Shown here: one piece after another, positions 9,261 through 19,370 of the stretch
Layout: the number at the start of each line of letters is the position of its first letter
How positions within the stretch are numbered: the stretch's first letter is position 1
Assembly (NCBI GenBank): GCA_027053355.1
Contig: JALUDX010000055.1
Span: 1-52,496 of the forward strand
Source: Anaerolineales bacterium
GTDB lineage: Bacteria > Chloroflexota > Anaerolineae > Anaerolineales > DRMV01
Length of the DNA: 52,496 bases
Direction: 5' to 3'
Program-made: the position numbers and the translations under genes
Notes under the pieces: model-generated
What the model saw: only the letters and a program-made list of their open reading frames with translations
Told to the model about the DNA's origin: nothing
Database searches by the model: none

Positions 9261-9394
9261 CAAAAATCTTGCTTTCCCCACCCTCTCCTCTCCCTCCAGG
9301 ATACGATACAATTGTCCTACAACCCAACCCCCGAGCCCACGCCTTGGCCGCGCCCCACCCCAGGCGTGAGGCCGCTTTTTGATTGGAAAAGACG

Positions 9395-12187
9395 ATGCCC
9401 ACCTTTGTTGCCCTCGACCTGGAAACCACCGGCCTCGACCCGCAAAGCGACGAAATCATCGATATCGGCGCAGTGCGGTTCACCGCCCGGCGGATGGAAG
9501 ACGAATTCGCCACTTTGGTGCGCCCCCAACAACATATCCGCGGCTTCATCACCCGCCTGACCGGCATCAGCGACGATATGGTCGCTGCCGCACCGCGGCT
9601 GAGCACTGTGCTGCCCCAACTGCTCGATTTCGTCGGCGACGCGGTGATCATCGGCCACAACGTGCAGTTCGACCTCAACTTCCTCGCGGCCGCGGGTATC
9701 TCCTTCCTCAACCCGGTGGTCGATACCTACGAATTGGCTTCGGTGCTCCTGCCCGATGCCAGCCGTTACGCGCTGGGCGCTTTGGGCCAGGCCCTCAACA
9801 TCCCCCTGCGGGCGACCCACCGGGCGCTGGACGATGCGCGGGTGACCGCTCACCTGTACCGCCGCCTGGTCGACAAGGCCGAGGCATTGCCCTTGGACCT
9901 GGTCGCGGCCATCGTGCGGCTGGGCGTCGAAGGCAAATGGTTGGGCACGTGGCCGTTCCAGCAAATCCTGTTCCGCAAGCAAAAGCAAGGCCAGCGGGGG
10001 CGAAGCCTGCCTACCGCGTGGCAGCCGCGCGAACAGGCGCCCGTGGTGCCGCGGCCGCCCCAGGCCGAGGCCGAGAAGCCCGTCGACCCCGACACGGTCG
10101 CAGCCCTGCTGGCCCCCGAAGGCGCCTTAGCCCGCCGCCTGCCGACTTTCGAACACCGTCCCCAGCAGGTGACCATGGCCCGCGCGGTGGCCAAAGCCTT
10201 TTCCCAACCGCACCACCTCATCGTCGAAGCGGGCACCGGCACGGGCAAATCCATCGCCTACTTGCTACCCGCCGCGCTGTTTGCCCTGGAAAACAACACG
10301 CGGGTGGTCATCTCGACCAACACCAAAAACCTGCAAGAGCAACTGCTGCAAAAAGACATCCCCATCGTGCAGGCTGCACTCGACCAGCCCCTGCGGGCGG
10401 CGGTGCTCAAAGGCCGGAACAACTACCTCTGCCCGCACCGCTTCCACAGCCTGTTAGAGCAAGGCGCGCGGCGGCCTGAAGAGGCGCGCGTCCTGGCCAA
10501 GGTGCTGGTATGGCTGCACCAAGGCGGCAGCGGCGACCGCGGGGAAATCAACCTGCGCGGGGGCGCGGAACAGGCCGTGTGGCGGCGCATTTCCGCGGAA
10601 TCGCCGGCCTGCACCGCCGCGGGCTGTATGCGCTTTAGCGGCGGCGCGTGCCCCTTCCAACAGGCCCGCCACGCGGCCGAACAGGCGCATCTCTTGGTGG
10701 TCAACCACGCGCTGCTGTTCAGCGACGTGGCCGCGGCCAACCGGGTGCTGCCCGAATACAACTACCTGGTGGTGGACGAAGCCCACCACCTGGAATCGGC
10801 CATTACCCAGGCCATGAGTTTCGAAGTCACCGAAGACGCGGTGCGTCGGCTGTTTACCGAACTGGGTGGCACCAAAGCCGGCCTGCTGGGGCGCCTGATT
10901 TTGGTCACCCGCCGCAGCGGCGACGCGGTGCGCACTGCCGCCCGGCATCACGCCGAGATCCTCACCGGCCTGGCCTTCCGCACCCAAGAGGCCATCAAAG
11001 CCACCTTTGCCACCCTGCATGACTTCGTAGAAGACGACCAGGTCGGGCGGCCCCCTTCCCAATACGCGCAGCAATTGCGGCTGACGCCCGCCATCCGCCA
11101 GCGCGCGCCGTGGGAGGCCGTGCTCACCATATGGGAAGAAGCCTTTGCCGCCGCGCGGGCGTTGGATCAGGCTTTGGTGCAACTGCGCCGCGACCTGTTG
11201 GAAAGCACCGCCGAAGAAGACGACCCCCTCCGCGACGTGCTCAACGAAATCGAAGCCGTGCGCAGCCATTTGACCGAGGTGACCCTCAACCTGAACGCGC
11301 TGCTCATGGAACCCGCGCCCAAAATGGTCTATTGGCTGGAACGTAACCCCCGCAGCCGGTGGCTCGCCCTGCGCGGCGCGCCATTGGAAATCGGCGCCGA
11401 CATGCGCGAACACCTGTGGGAGGCCAAGCCCGCCATCGTGCTTACCTCGGCCACCCTTTCGGCCGGCGGCGATTTCTCTTACCTGCGCCAACGCCTGGCT
11501 GCAGAAGAAGCCGAAGAACTGTTGCTCGGCTCGCCCTTCGATTACCGCCAGGCCGCGTTGCTCTACGTGGTCAACGACATCCCCGAACCCAACCGCCCCG
11601 GCTACCAGCAGGCTGTGGAACGGGGCATCCTGGAACTGGCCAAAGCCACCCACGGCCGGCTGCTGGCCCTGTTCACCTCGTACACTCAACTGCAGCGCAC
11701 TTCGCAGGCCATCACCCCCGGGCTGCTCGAAGCCGGGATCACCGTTTACGAACAGGGCAGCGGTGCCTCGCCCCAGGCGCTACTCGACGAGTTCCGCCAG
11801 GCAGAAGGCGCGGTGCTCCTGGGCACCCGCTCGTTTTGGGAAGGGGTCGACGTGCCCGGCGACGCGCTCTCCGCGCTGGTAATCGTCAAACTGCCCTTCG
11901 CCGTTCCCTCCGACCCGCTGGTGGCCGCCAGGGCCGAGACGTTCACCAACCCCTTCGAGGAATACCACCTGCCCGAGGCGGTTTTGGCCTTCCGGCAGGG
12001 GTTTGGGCGGCTGATTCGCACCTGCACCGACCGGGGCATCGTGGCCGTGTTCGACCGGCGGCTGCTCACCCGCCGCTATGGCCGCGCTTTCTTAGACGCC
12101 TTGCCCCCTTGCACCCGCCACCAGGGGCCGATGCACCGCCTGCCCGCGGTGGCCGCGCGCTGGCTGAGCCGCGACGGCAAAACGTAA
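9395..12187 (+). CDS. dinG: bifunctional DnaQ-type 3'-5' exonuclease / DinG-family ATP-dependent helicase
   Basis: Exonuclease motifs FVALDLETTGLDP, GHNVQFDLNFL and HRALDDA. Helicase motifs AGTGTGKS and VVDEAHHLE. A Cys cluster LCPH...PACTAAGC...GACPF is present. ATG 9395 is preferred over the in-frame TTG 9383. Confidence 0.9.
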   Translation: MPTFVALDLETTGLDPQSDEIIDIGAVRFTARRMEDEFATLVRPQQHIRGFITRLTGISDDMVAAAPRLSTVLPQLLDFVGDAVIIGHNVQFDLNFLAAAGISFLNPVVDTYELASVLLPDASRYALGALGQALNIPLRATHRALDDARVTAHLYRRLVDKAEALPLDLVAAIVRLGVEGKWLGTWPFQQILFRKQKQGQRGRSLPTAWQPREQAPVVPRPPQAEAEKPVDPDTVAALLAPEGALARRLPTFEHRPQQVTMARAVAKAFSQPHHLIVEAGTGTGKSIAYLLPAALFALENNTRVVISTNTKNLQEQLLQKDIPIVQAALDQPLRAAVLKGRNNYLCPHRFHSLLEQGARRPEEARVLAKVLVWLHQGGSGDRGEINLRGGAEQAVWRRISAESPACTAAGCMRFSGGACPFQQARHAAEQAHLLVVNHALLFSDVAAANRVLPEYNYLVVDEAHHLESAITQAMSFEVTEDAVRRLFTELGGTKAGLLGRLILVTRRSGDAVRTAARHHAEILTGLAFRTQEAIKATFATLHDFVEDDQVGRPPSQYAQQLRLTPAIRQRAPWEAVLTIWEEAFAAARALDQALVQLRRDLLESTAEEDDPLRDVLNEIEAVRSHLTEVTLNLNALLMEPAPKMVYWLERNPRSRWLALRGAPLEIGADMREHLWEAKPAIVLTSATLSAGGDFSYLRQRLAAEEAEELLLGSPFDYRQAALLYVVNDIPEPNRPGYQQAVERGILELAKATHGRLLALFTSYTQLQRTSQAITPGLLEAGITVYEQGSGASPQALLDEFRQAEGAVLLGTRSFWEGVDVPGDALSALVIVKLPFAVPSDPLVAARAETFTNPFEEYHLPEAVLAFRQGFGRLIRTCTDRGIVAVFDRRLLTRRYGRAFLDALPPCTRHQGPMHRLPAVAARWLSRDGKT

Positions 12188-12198
12188 CGGCACAGTCG

Positions 12199-12252
12199 CT
12201 GTTCAGCCTTGGCAAGGAGAAACCACAGATTACGCAGATTTCGCAGAAAAAC
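12199..12252 (+). mobile_element. truncated A-type MITE left end, interrupted by B2
   Basis: CTGTTCAGCCTTGGCAAGGAGAAACCACAGATTACGCAGATTTCGCAGAAAAAC closely matches (a few mismatches) the A1 left arm, then abuts the B2 terminus. Confidence 0.7.
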
Positions 12253-12492
12253 GTAATTACTACCCTGCACCGAAAACGAGGCTGACAATCAAAGTTTCAG
12301 TAACTTTGCCATGCCATGAAGCAACATTACACCTTGTTCGCCCTCACCACTCCCCCAGAGCCGCCCCCTTCGACTTCGCTCAGGGCGGCGGCTCAGCCCC
12401 CTCTCCTCTCCCAGTGGGAGAGGAGAGGGGGCGCGCAGCGGGGGTAAGGTGAGGGCGAAAAGCCACTGCAGCGCTTCTGGGTAGGTAATTAC
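12253..12492 (-). mobile_element. 240-nt MITE, GTAATTACCTACCC-TIR family (copy B2, inverted relative to B1)
   Basis: This is the reverse complement of B1. By manual alignment the first 185 nt or so differ at about 9 positions and the last 50 nt or so are more diverged. No clear target duplication. Confidence 0.8.
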
Positions 12493-12545
12493 GAAGTTCC
12501 GCGCCTTTGTTGGCAGCACCTCTCTTGGGTTGGGCGGAACGCTAA

Positions 12546-12614
12546 CGCCGCCCTACGACGCTCTCAAATCCGCGGCTATCCGTAATCCTCCGCGTTCATC
12601 CGCGGCCTATCTCC
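12546..12614. repeat. GCGGAT-module repeat fragment
   Basis: AAATCCGCGGCTATCCGTAATCCTCCGCGTTCATCCGCGGCCTAT is nearly the reverse complement of 26775-26845. Confidence 0.7.
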
Positions 12615-12677
12615 CGCGCAGATTTCGGAAGCAACCGCCCCGCGTCGTCCGCGGGCGATCTTCCCAAGGAAACCGCC

Positions 12678-13136
12678 ATGCCCCCTCTTACCGAGCCTTG
12701 CCAGGCGGAACGGGAACTCCTGAAAGCCGTGGGGGTTTCCCTTCCCTCCACGCTGCGGGTGGAAGTGGGTACCCGCCGGGCCCGCGCTTTGGCCTGGGTT
12801 TTTACCCGCCTGGATGCCCCACCGGCTGCCTTTGCTTTGGGGCGCACGGTGTTCATCCCCGACCCGGCTTATTTTGCGCGCCTCACTTTGCCCCAGCGCG
12901 CCGCGCTGCTGGCCCACGAGAGCGTGCACGTGGCGCAATGGCAGCGTTTAGGCGCGCCCCGCTTTTTGTGGCAATACCTGCGCGACTACCTGCGCACCCG
13001 CCGCCAGGGCTTAGACACCCACGACCCGCACCAGGGCATCGCGTTGGAGCGCGAAGCCCTGGCCTACGAAAGTCGGTTGCTGCCCTTGCTGGAAGTCGCC
13101 GCGGGGGCAGAAGATGCGCCCCCACCCGCGGCTTGA
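12678..13136 (+). CDS. DUF4157-like zincin (HExxH) domain protein
   Basis: ALGRTVFI ... LLAHESVHVAQWQ matches the DUF4157 metallopeptidase-like core. Confidence 0.65.
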   Translation: MPPLTEPCQAERELLKAVGVSLPSTLRVEVGTRRARALAWVFTRLDAPPAAFALGRTVFIPDPAYFARLTLPQRAALLAHESVHVAQWQRLGAPRFLWQYLRDYLRTRRQGLDTHDPHQGIALEREALAYESRLLPLLEVAAGAEDAPPPAA

Positions 13137-13146
13137 TGCTTTCCCC

Positions 13147-14394
13147 CTACATGCGCTGCCACAGGCTCACGGTTTCGATGTGATAGGTTTGCGGGAACAT
13201 GTCAAAGGGGGTGATGTGGCGCAGGCGATACCCGCGGCGGGCGAAGCGTTTGCCGTCGCGGGCCAAGGTGGCCGGGTCGCACGAAACATAAGCCACCAGG
13301 GGCGGTTGCAAAGCCAGCAAGGCGTCTAACGCCTCGCGGCGCAGGCCGCTGCGCGGCGGGTCCAGCACCACCACATCCGGCCGATAGCCCTGCGCGGCCA
13401 GGTAGGGCAACGCCTGCGCGGCCGAGGCTTCGTAAAGGCTGATGTGGTCGAACGCCTGCAAATTGACTTCGAAATCGGCGCACGCCGCGGGGGAAGACTC
13501 AATCGCCACCACCTCGCCCACCCGCGGAGCCAGGAAAGCGGTCAGCAGACCCACGCCGCTAAACACTTCCAGCAGCCGCGTGCGGGGTTCCAACGGCAAA
13601 ATCGTGAGCAAATGGTCGATCAGGGCCTCGGCAACCCCCACGTTGACCTGGAAGAAGGAAGCCGCCGAAACCCGAAACGCACGGCCGCGCACCGCCATCT
13701 GCAGCGCGGGATGACCGGCCAGCACAAAAGAGCGGCCATCGAAGGACGTATACACCGCGGAAAGGGGGAAATCGACCGCGAAGCCCGGGGGTTCAGCCGC
13801 TCGGCCGCGCAGCCAGAGCAACACGTTGCCATCGGTTCCCACCCGCAGGTGCACCCGTTCCACACCGCTTTCGGCTTCGAATTGCAGGCGGGGCAGTACT
13901 TCCCGCAGCCGCGGCTCGGCTAAAAGGCAATCGTCCACCGGAACCAAAGCCTGCCCCCGGGGGGCCTGAAAGCCCCACGTGCCGTCGGCCGCGACGTGCA
14001 GTTGAATGTGGTTACGGTAGCCCCACACCCGCGGGGAAGGCACAGTAGGCCGTACCCGCGGCTCGGCAAAGCCGCCGATGCGCTGCAATTGGTCGCGCAC
14101 GATAGCCTCTTTGGCCGTCAACTGGGCCGCGTAGGCCACGTGCTGATAATGACAACCGCCGCAGCGGCCAAAGAAGGGGCAACGCGGCACCACCCGGTCG
14201 GGCGAAGTTTCGAGCAGCGAGACCACTTCCCCCCGGGCGTAGTGGGGCCTTTCTTCGGTGAGGCGCACCAGGGCGCGCTCGCCGGGCAGCGCCCGCGGCA
14301 CGAACACCGCGCGGCCGTCGCTCAGCCGCCCCATGGCTTCGCCGCCGTAAGCCCATTTGGTCAGGCTTACTTCGTGCTGTTGGGGTTCGGCCAT
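13147..14394 (-). CDS. 23S rRNA (uracil-C5)-methyltransferase, RumA/RlmD family
   Basis: TRAM-like N-terminus, Cys cluster CPFFGRCGGCHYQH, and SAM-MTase motifs EVFSGVGLL, VVLDPPRSG and YVSCDPATLARD. The ATG at 14394 lies just after the upstream gene's stop. Confidence 0.88.
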   Translation of the reverse strand: MAEPQQHEVSLTKWAYGGEAMGRLSDGRAVFVPRALPGERALVRLTEERPHYARGEVVSLLETSPDRVVPRCPFFGRCGGCHYQHVAYAAQLTAKEAIVRDQLQRIGGFAEPRVRPTVPSPRVWGYRNHIQLHVAADGTWGFQAPRGQALVPVDDCLLAEPRLREVLPRLQFEAESGVERVHLRVGTDGNVLLWLRGRAAEPPGFAVDFPLSAVYTSFDGRSFVLAGHPALQMAVRGRAFRVSAASFFQVNVGVAEALIDHLLTILPLEPRTRLLEVFSGVGLLTAFLAPRVGEVVAIESSPAACADFEVNLQAFDHISLYEASAAQALPYLAAQGYRPDVVVLDPPRSGLRREALDALLALQPPLVAYVSCDPATLARDGKRFARRGYRLRHITPFDMFPQTYHIETVSLWQRM

Positions 14395-14396
14395 GC

Positions 14397-15101
14397 CTAC
14401 CACCACCAACGGGCGATGAGCACCGCGACCAGGGGCACGGTGAGGTTGTCGATCTCGGCCAGCGGCAAGGATTCCACCGCCGCGGCGGCCAACGCCACCG
14501 CGGTCAGCGGCGCGAGGTAGGTCGTCCACGGCGGGGAGAAGGTGCCCGCGGCGACGTACACGGCCAACACCAGCGCGGCCAGCAGCCAGCCGCCCGCGAA
14601 GACCGCGAGGGTGCCTTCCCACGTTTTGCCGCGCGACCAGGGCAAGGGATGTCGCCCCCAGCGGCGGCCGACCAGGTCGGCGATGCCGTCGCCGCCGCAG
14701 AGCAACATCAGCGCGACCACCCCTGCCGGGGTCTTCCAGTAAAGCACGGTGAGCAGGGCAAACATCAGGCCGTAAAACAGGGGGCCGCGCAAGAGTTCGC
14801 GCCGGTCGCCGCTGCGCGAAACGGCCTGCACCGTGGCCGGGTCGCGCAAAATGCCCAGCCCCACCAGCGCGAACTGTGCGGTGATGACCAGGGGCACCAG
14901 CGCGGCCAGGTACGGTGCAGCGGGGGCGTCGTCGAAGAGCAGCCAGCAGAGCACGAAGAGGGGGCCGGTGCCGATGTGCACCAACTTGCGGCTCAGGCGG
15001 CTGCTCAACCAGCCGCGCGCGGCGGCAAAGTCGTTGACGCGAAGCCAGGTCACCGCCACCAGAAAGGTGATGACCAGCGCGAGGAGGTTATGGTGAAGCA
15101 C
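14397..15101 (-). CDS. CTP-dependent polyprenol (phytol/dolichol-type) kinase family membrane protein
   Basis: Polytopic protein with CGGDGIADLVGRRWG ... SRGKTWEG (CTP_transf_1-like). GTG start. Confidence 0.65.
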   Translation of the reverse strand: MLHHNLLALVITFLVAVTWLRVNDFAAARGWLSSRLSRKLVHIGTGPLFVLCWLLFDDAPAAPYLAALVPLVITAQFALVGLGILRDPATVQAVSRSGDRRELLRGPLFYGLMFALLTVLYWKTPAGVVALMLLCGGDGIADLVGRRWGRHPLPWSRGKTWEGTLAVFAGGWLLAALVLAVYVAAGTFSPPWTTYLAPLTAVALAAAAVESLPLAEIDNLTVPLVAVLIARWWW

Positions 15102-15119
15102 GACGCGTCTCTCGTCGCG

Positions 15120-16154
15120 TCAGGAGGCTTGCGGGGCGGGCAACGGCGGTTCCTCGGCCGGGGGAGGCGCTTCCTGGTCGGCTGCATCTGTGGGTTTGCC
15201 CTCGAGCCAGTGCAGATAAGCCAGGGTCCACGCGCTTTCGATGTAGGCGCGCACCAGGCCGCTGAGGAAGATCAGCACCACCCACCAAACGATGAACAGC
15301 AGGACACCCACTACGACAAGTAACCCCAACATCAGACCGTGGGCGTTCATCGCTATGCCCATGGCGACCAATGGCCCGCCGAACACGGTCAACAACAGGA
15401 AGGCCACCACGGCGATGAGCAGCCCTACGCCTAAGCGCACCGCGGCGAGGAGCAAGCCGGTGAGCACCACCTGCCAGAAGTTGTCCTTGAAGACCTCCCA
15501 CCCTCGCGAAAACGATTGCCAAACGGTGGTGCCTTCTACCAGCAGCGCGAGGATGGCCATTTCGAAATACAGCGCCAGCCCCCACAGCACGGGAATTGCT
15601 AACAGTACGCCGGGCAGCAGGCAGAATATCCCGACGCCGTGGGTTACCACGATCAGGGCGATGCCGAGGATCGCCAACAAAATGACCAAGGTGCCTACGC
15701 CACCGCCGATGAGCAAGAAGAAGCCAAATGCCCGCCAGAAGAAAGGCTTGGCCAAAGCGTAGGCCTCACTCACCGAAAGCACGACATCTTGGCGGAGGTC
15801 GTGCAAGGTGATGTGGATGATGGCCGGTTCGGCCAAGGCCCGCAACGCGGTGGCGATGAGCAGCCAGACCACGAACAGCAGCACCAACCCCACGGCGATA
15901 AGGATCAGCATGTTGGGCGAGATGCCGGTAAAGATGTTCCAGAAATCTTCAGAGGGTCCCGGTGAGCCGCCGTACGGGGGGGCGTGGTGAGACGACGAGG
16001 GGAACCAAGAAGAGGGCATCTGAAAATTGAACCCTCCAAAATTGAAATTGCCATAACTCCCCCCGGCGCACGCGCTAAGGAACCCAAACAGCCACAGTGC
16101 GCGCTGTCGTTTGAGGATGCGCCAGGCTTGCGCCAGAATGTCTTGGTAAGGCAT
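15120..16154 (-). CDS. polytopic membrane protein (paralogue of 16280..17287)
   Basis: AAGGAGG RBS. N-terminus MPYQDILAQAWRILKRQRALWLFGFL. It has many TM segments and a Pro-rich C-terminus. Confidence 0.7.
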   Translation of the reverse strand: MPYQDILAQAWRILKRQRALWLFGFLSACAGGSYGNFNFGGFNFQMPSSWFPSSSHHAPPYGGSPGPSEDFWNIFTGISPNMLILIAVGLVLLFVVWLLIATALRALAEPAIIHITLHDLRQDVVLSVSEAYALAKPFFWRAFGFFLLIGGGVGTLVILLAILGIALIVVTHGVGIFCLLPGVLLAIPVLWGLALYFEMAILALLVEGTTVWQSFSRGWEVFKDNFWQVVLTGLLLAAVRLGVGLLIAVVAFLLLTVFGGPLVAMGIAMNAHGLMLGLLVVVGVLLFIVWWVVLIFLSGLVRAYIESAWTLAYLHWLEGKPTDAADQEAPPPAEEPPLPAPQAS

Positions 16155-16171
16155 GTTTTCCTCCTTCGTGT

Positions 16172-16245
16172 GTAACCGTTCAGCGCAAACAAAAGAGAAA
16201 TCTCAATGACGAGACGGAAAAACACAGAAGACACAGAATTCGTGA
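16172..16245 (+). mobile_element. truncated MITE left end (D-type interior)
   Basis: GTAACCGTTCAGCGCAAACAAAAGAGAAATCTCAATGACGAGACGGAAAAACACAGAAGACACAGAA matches the termini at 47778 and 49780 (reverse complement). Confidence 0.6.
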
Positions 16246-16279
16246 AAAAGTGGGCGAAGCATTGCCCCGCCCCTGCGCT

Positions 16280-17287
16280 TTAGGCCTCTTGGGCGGGCAC
16301 GGAGATTTCCGTGGGTTGGGGCTCGAAGCCCGAAAGGGCGCGATAGAGCAACACCCACCCGGCCAGGGTAAACGTGACTACCGGCGCGAGGGGTAGCGCC
16401 GCCAGGGCTTTACTGCCCACAGCAAGGCCAATGGACGTAACCACGGTGAGGGCCGGATGCGCGGCGAACCAACCCACCAGCGTCTGCCCGCCAAACTGTA
16501 AAAGCACGCCCAAAAAGGCCACGCCCCAAGAAATCACGAAGCCCACGACCTGCCAGGCAATTTTTTGGATCAGCCACAAGACCAGAGCGACCAAGGCAGC
16601 GCGCCAGAAATGCTTTCTCCATAAGGTTTCGGCGCGCCCCAACGCGCCCCACAGCGAGAGGTCGTCGACCACCACCGCGGTTTCACCCAACTGCACATAC
16701 ACTCCAACGAGCCAACTGACCACCATCACGATGCCGAACAAAATCAGGGCCAGCCCTGCCACCACCGCGCCTGCCTGCATGGCTACCCCCACCAAGCACA
16801 TGCCAAGGCCGGCAAGGGCAATGACGAATATCAACACCACCGGCACAGGAAAGAAGAAAAGCCGCCAGAAGAAACGCCGCGCCGCGCCCCAAAGGTGCTG
16901 CCGCGTCGGCGTTTCGCCGCGCAGGTGCTGGGCTGCGCCGAACAACACGCCGCCCGCACCCAACGCGAAAAGCGCATAAAACAAGAGCAATACTCCCAAC
17001 ATCGACACCGTGTGGGCATTGCCCACCGCCTTTGCGGTGTGTTCGGGCATGGCCTGCAACACGCCCCGCCAAAAGTCCAACGGTTGCCAACCCCCGCCCT
17101 GGACGAACCGCGGCGGCCGGGAACCCGGGTTTGCCCTGCTCAACGTTTTCATCAGCAGGGCCCACCCTCTCGGATAAGTGGCCTCGGTGGGCGCTCCCAC
17201 CAGCGCGGCCAAGTAGCCAAACAGCCACAGGCTACGCTGGCGGCGGGCAATTTCCCAGGCTGCGGACAAAATCTTCCCCACATTCAT
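16280..17287 (-). CDS. polytopic membrane protein (paralogue of 15120..16154)
   Basis: N-terminus MNVGKILSAAWEIARRQRSLWLFGYL parallels the downstream paralogue. It starts 10 nt after the guaA stop. Confidence 0.7.
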   Translation of the reverse strand: MNVGKILSAAWEIARRQRSLWLFGYLAALVGAPTEATYPRGWALLMKTLSRANPGSRPPRFVQGGGWQPLDFWRGVLQAMPEHTAKAVGNAHTVSMLGVLLLFYALFALGAGGVLFGAAQHLRGETPTRQHLWGAARRFFWRLFFFPVPVVLIFVIALAGLGMCLVGVAMQAGAVVAGLALILFGIVMVVSWLVGVYVQLGETAVVVDDLSLWGALGRAETLWRKHFWRAALVALVLWLIQKIAWQVVGFVISWGVAFLGVLLQFGGQTLVGWFAAHPALTVVTSIGLAVGSKALAALPLAPVVTFTLAGWVLLYRALSGFEPQPTEISVPAQEA

Positions 17288-17297
17288 GGCTTGTTTC

Positions 17298-18836
17298 TCA
17301 TTCCCATTCGATGGTGGCCGGAGGTTTCGTAGTTATATCATACACGACGCGGTTGATTCCGGCAACCTCGTTGACAATGCGGCGGGAAACCCGGGCCAGC
17401 AGGTCGTCGGGCAAGCGGGCCCACGCGGCGGTCATGAAATCGTCGGTGACCACCGCGCGCAGCACCAAGGTTTCCTGGTAGGTACGCTGGTCGCCCATCA
17501 CACCCACCGATTTGACCGGCAAGAGTACGGCAAAGGCCTGGGAAACCGGGCTGCCGGCGCGGTTGATCAGGCCGGCTTCTTCCAGCGTGTGGGTGAAGAT
17601 GGCGTCTGCCGCGCGCAGGCGGGCTAAGCGTTGGGGGGTGACTTCGCCCAAGCAGCGCACGGCCAACCCCGGCCCAGGGAAGGGCTGCCGCCACACCAGG
17701 CCGCGGGGCAGGCCCAGAGCCTCACCCACCGCGCGCACCTCGTCTTTGAACAGGTAACGCAAGGGCTCCACCAGTTCGAAGTCCATCTGTTCGGGCAGGC
17801 CGCCCACGTTGTGGTGACTTTTGATGCGGTGGGCGTGACTGCGGTCGGGTGCCCGCGATTCCACCACGTCGGGGTAGATGGTGCCCTGCACTAAGAAGCG
17901 GGGCTGGCCCAAGCCGCGGGCCACGCGTTCGAACACACGGATGAATTTTTCGCCGATAATGCGGCGCTTGGCTTCGGGGTCGGTGACCTCGCGCAAAGCC
18001 TGGAGGAATTCGTTGGCCGCGTCCACCACCAGCAGCCGCGCGCCCAAAGCCTGGCGGAAGGCGGCCTCGACCTGCTCTCGCTCGCCGGCGCGCAGCAGGC
18101 CGGTGTCGACGAACACTGCGGTCAATTGCTCGCCCACCGCGCGGTGCACCAACGCAGCGGCCACGCTGGAATCGACCCCGCCGCTCACCGCGGCCAGCAC
18201 CGGCTCGCGCCCCACTTGTCGGCGCACCCGCGCCACGCTGGCGGCAATGATGTTTTCGGGCACCCAATCGGGGGCGGCGCGGCAGATGTCTACCGCGAAG
18301 CGACGCAGAATTTCGCCCCCGCGGGGGGTGTGCTGCACCTCAGGGTGAAACTGCACGCCGAAGTAGCGCCGCTGCAGGTCACCCATGGCCGCAATGGGGC
18401 TGTTGGCCGTGCGCGCCAGCACTTCGAAGCCCGAGGGCAGGCGCTCGATGCGGTCGCCGTGAGACATCCACACCGGGTAGCGGCCGGTCGGCAAAAGGGG
18501 GTTGGCGCGCAGTACCTCCAGTTCCGCCAGGCCGTATTCCCGCCGGGGCGCGGGGTTGACCGCACCGCCCAAAGCATGGGTGAGCGCCTGCATCCCGTAG
18601 CAAATGCCGAGCACAGGCACCCCTTGTTCCCAAACCCAGGGGGGAATTTGGGGCGCCTGGGGTGCATAAACGGATGCGGGGCCGCCCGAAAGGATGACGC
18701 CCTGGGGTTGCGCGGCCAGCACCTCTTCCCGCGGTGCGTCGTAGGGGAAGATTTCGCTGTACACGCCTTGTTCGCGCACGCGACGGGCGATGAGTTGGGC
18801 GTATTGCGAGCCAAAATCCAAAACCACGATGGCCAC
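17298..18836 (-). CDS. guaA: GMP synthase (glutamine-hydrolysing)
   Basis: GATase domain (ICYGMQ, HGD), ATP-PPase SGGVDSSV and C-terminal ATIEWE. GTG start with a GGGAGG RBS. Confidence 0.97.
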   Translation of the reverse strand: MAIVVLDFGSQYAQLIARRVREQGVYSEIFPYDAPREEVLAAQPQGVILSGGPASVYAPQAPQIPPWVWEQGVPVLGICYGMQALTHALGGAVNPAPRREYGLAELEVLRANPLLPTGRYPVWMSHGDRIERLPSGFEVLARTANSPIAAMGDLQRRYFGVQFHPEVQHTPRGGEILRRFAVDICRAAPDWVPENIIAASVARVRRQVGREPVLAAVSGGVDSSVAAALVHRAVGEQLTAVFVDTGLLRAGEREQVEAAFRQALGARLLVVDAANEFLQALREVTDPEAKRRIIGEKFIRVFERVARGLGQPRFLVQGTIYPDVVESRAPDRSHAHRIKSHHNVGGLPEQMDFELVEPLRYLFKDEVRAVGEALGLPRGLVWRQPFPGPGLAVRCLGEVTPQRLARLRAADAIFTHTLEEAGLINRAGSPVSQAFAVLLPVKSVGVMGDQRTYQETLVLRAVVTDDFMTAAWARLPDDLLARVSRRIVNEVAGINRVVYDITTKPPATIEWE

Positions 18837-18984
18837 GGCGACCTCCCAAGGCGGAAATCAGATAAAAACCAGATTACCCAACACAAAATCAATCGTATCC
18901 CGGCCGTTGTTTCATTGGCCGACAATCTCATCTCGTCAGCCCAAGGCTTTTCGGAAATCTCGCTTTTCCCGCCCTCTCCTCTCC

Positions 18985-19086
18985 CCCCAAGCCGCCCCTT
19001 CGACTTCGCTCAGGGCGGCGGCTCAGCCCCCTCTCCTCTCCCACTGGGAGAGGAGAGGGGGCGCACAGCGGGGGTAAGGTGAGGGC
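18985..19086 (-). repeat. partial B-type MITE core (copy B3)
   Basis: Matches the B2 interior, including the GGGAGAGGAGAGGGGGC hairpin and CTTCGACTTCGCTCAGGGC. It lacks both TIRs. Confidence 0.7.
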
Positions 19087-19147
19087 GTTTAGTATGTTGA
19101 TGCTCAATTGCGTAATATGAGTTATTAGAACAAATGTCTAATGTAGC

Positions 19148-19370
19148 ATTGTCAAGTTACGCAGACGGAAAAACACAGAAAGCGGAAGGGGTTGAGGTAC
19201 TGAGGGATTGGGGCAAATGGGGGTTGGTTGCCTGGTTACCTGGTTGCTTGGTTGCTTGGTGGTTGGTTACTCAGGCGCTTCTCCTGGTGCCCTCGGCGAC
19301 CTAAAATCCGCGTCTCTCCATAATGATCCGCGTTCATCCGCAGGCTGTTTCCTTATGGCTGCACCGTTAC
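19148..19370. mobile_element. mosaic MITE (D-type) with degenerate left end
   Basis: Modules in order: CACAGAAAGCGG, a GGGATT G-run, a GGTTGCCTGGTTAC array (19222-19270), ATCCGCGTTCATCCGC, and the right TIR GGCTGCACCGTTAC. That TIR contains the stop codon of the DUF92 gene. Confidence 0.6.
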
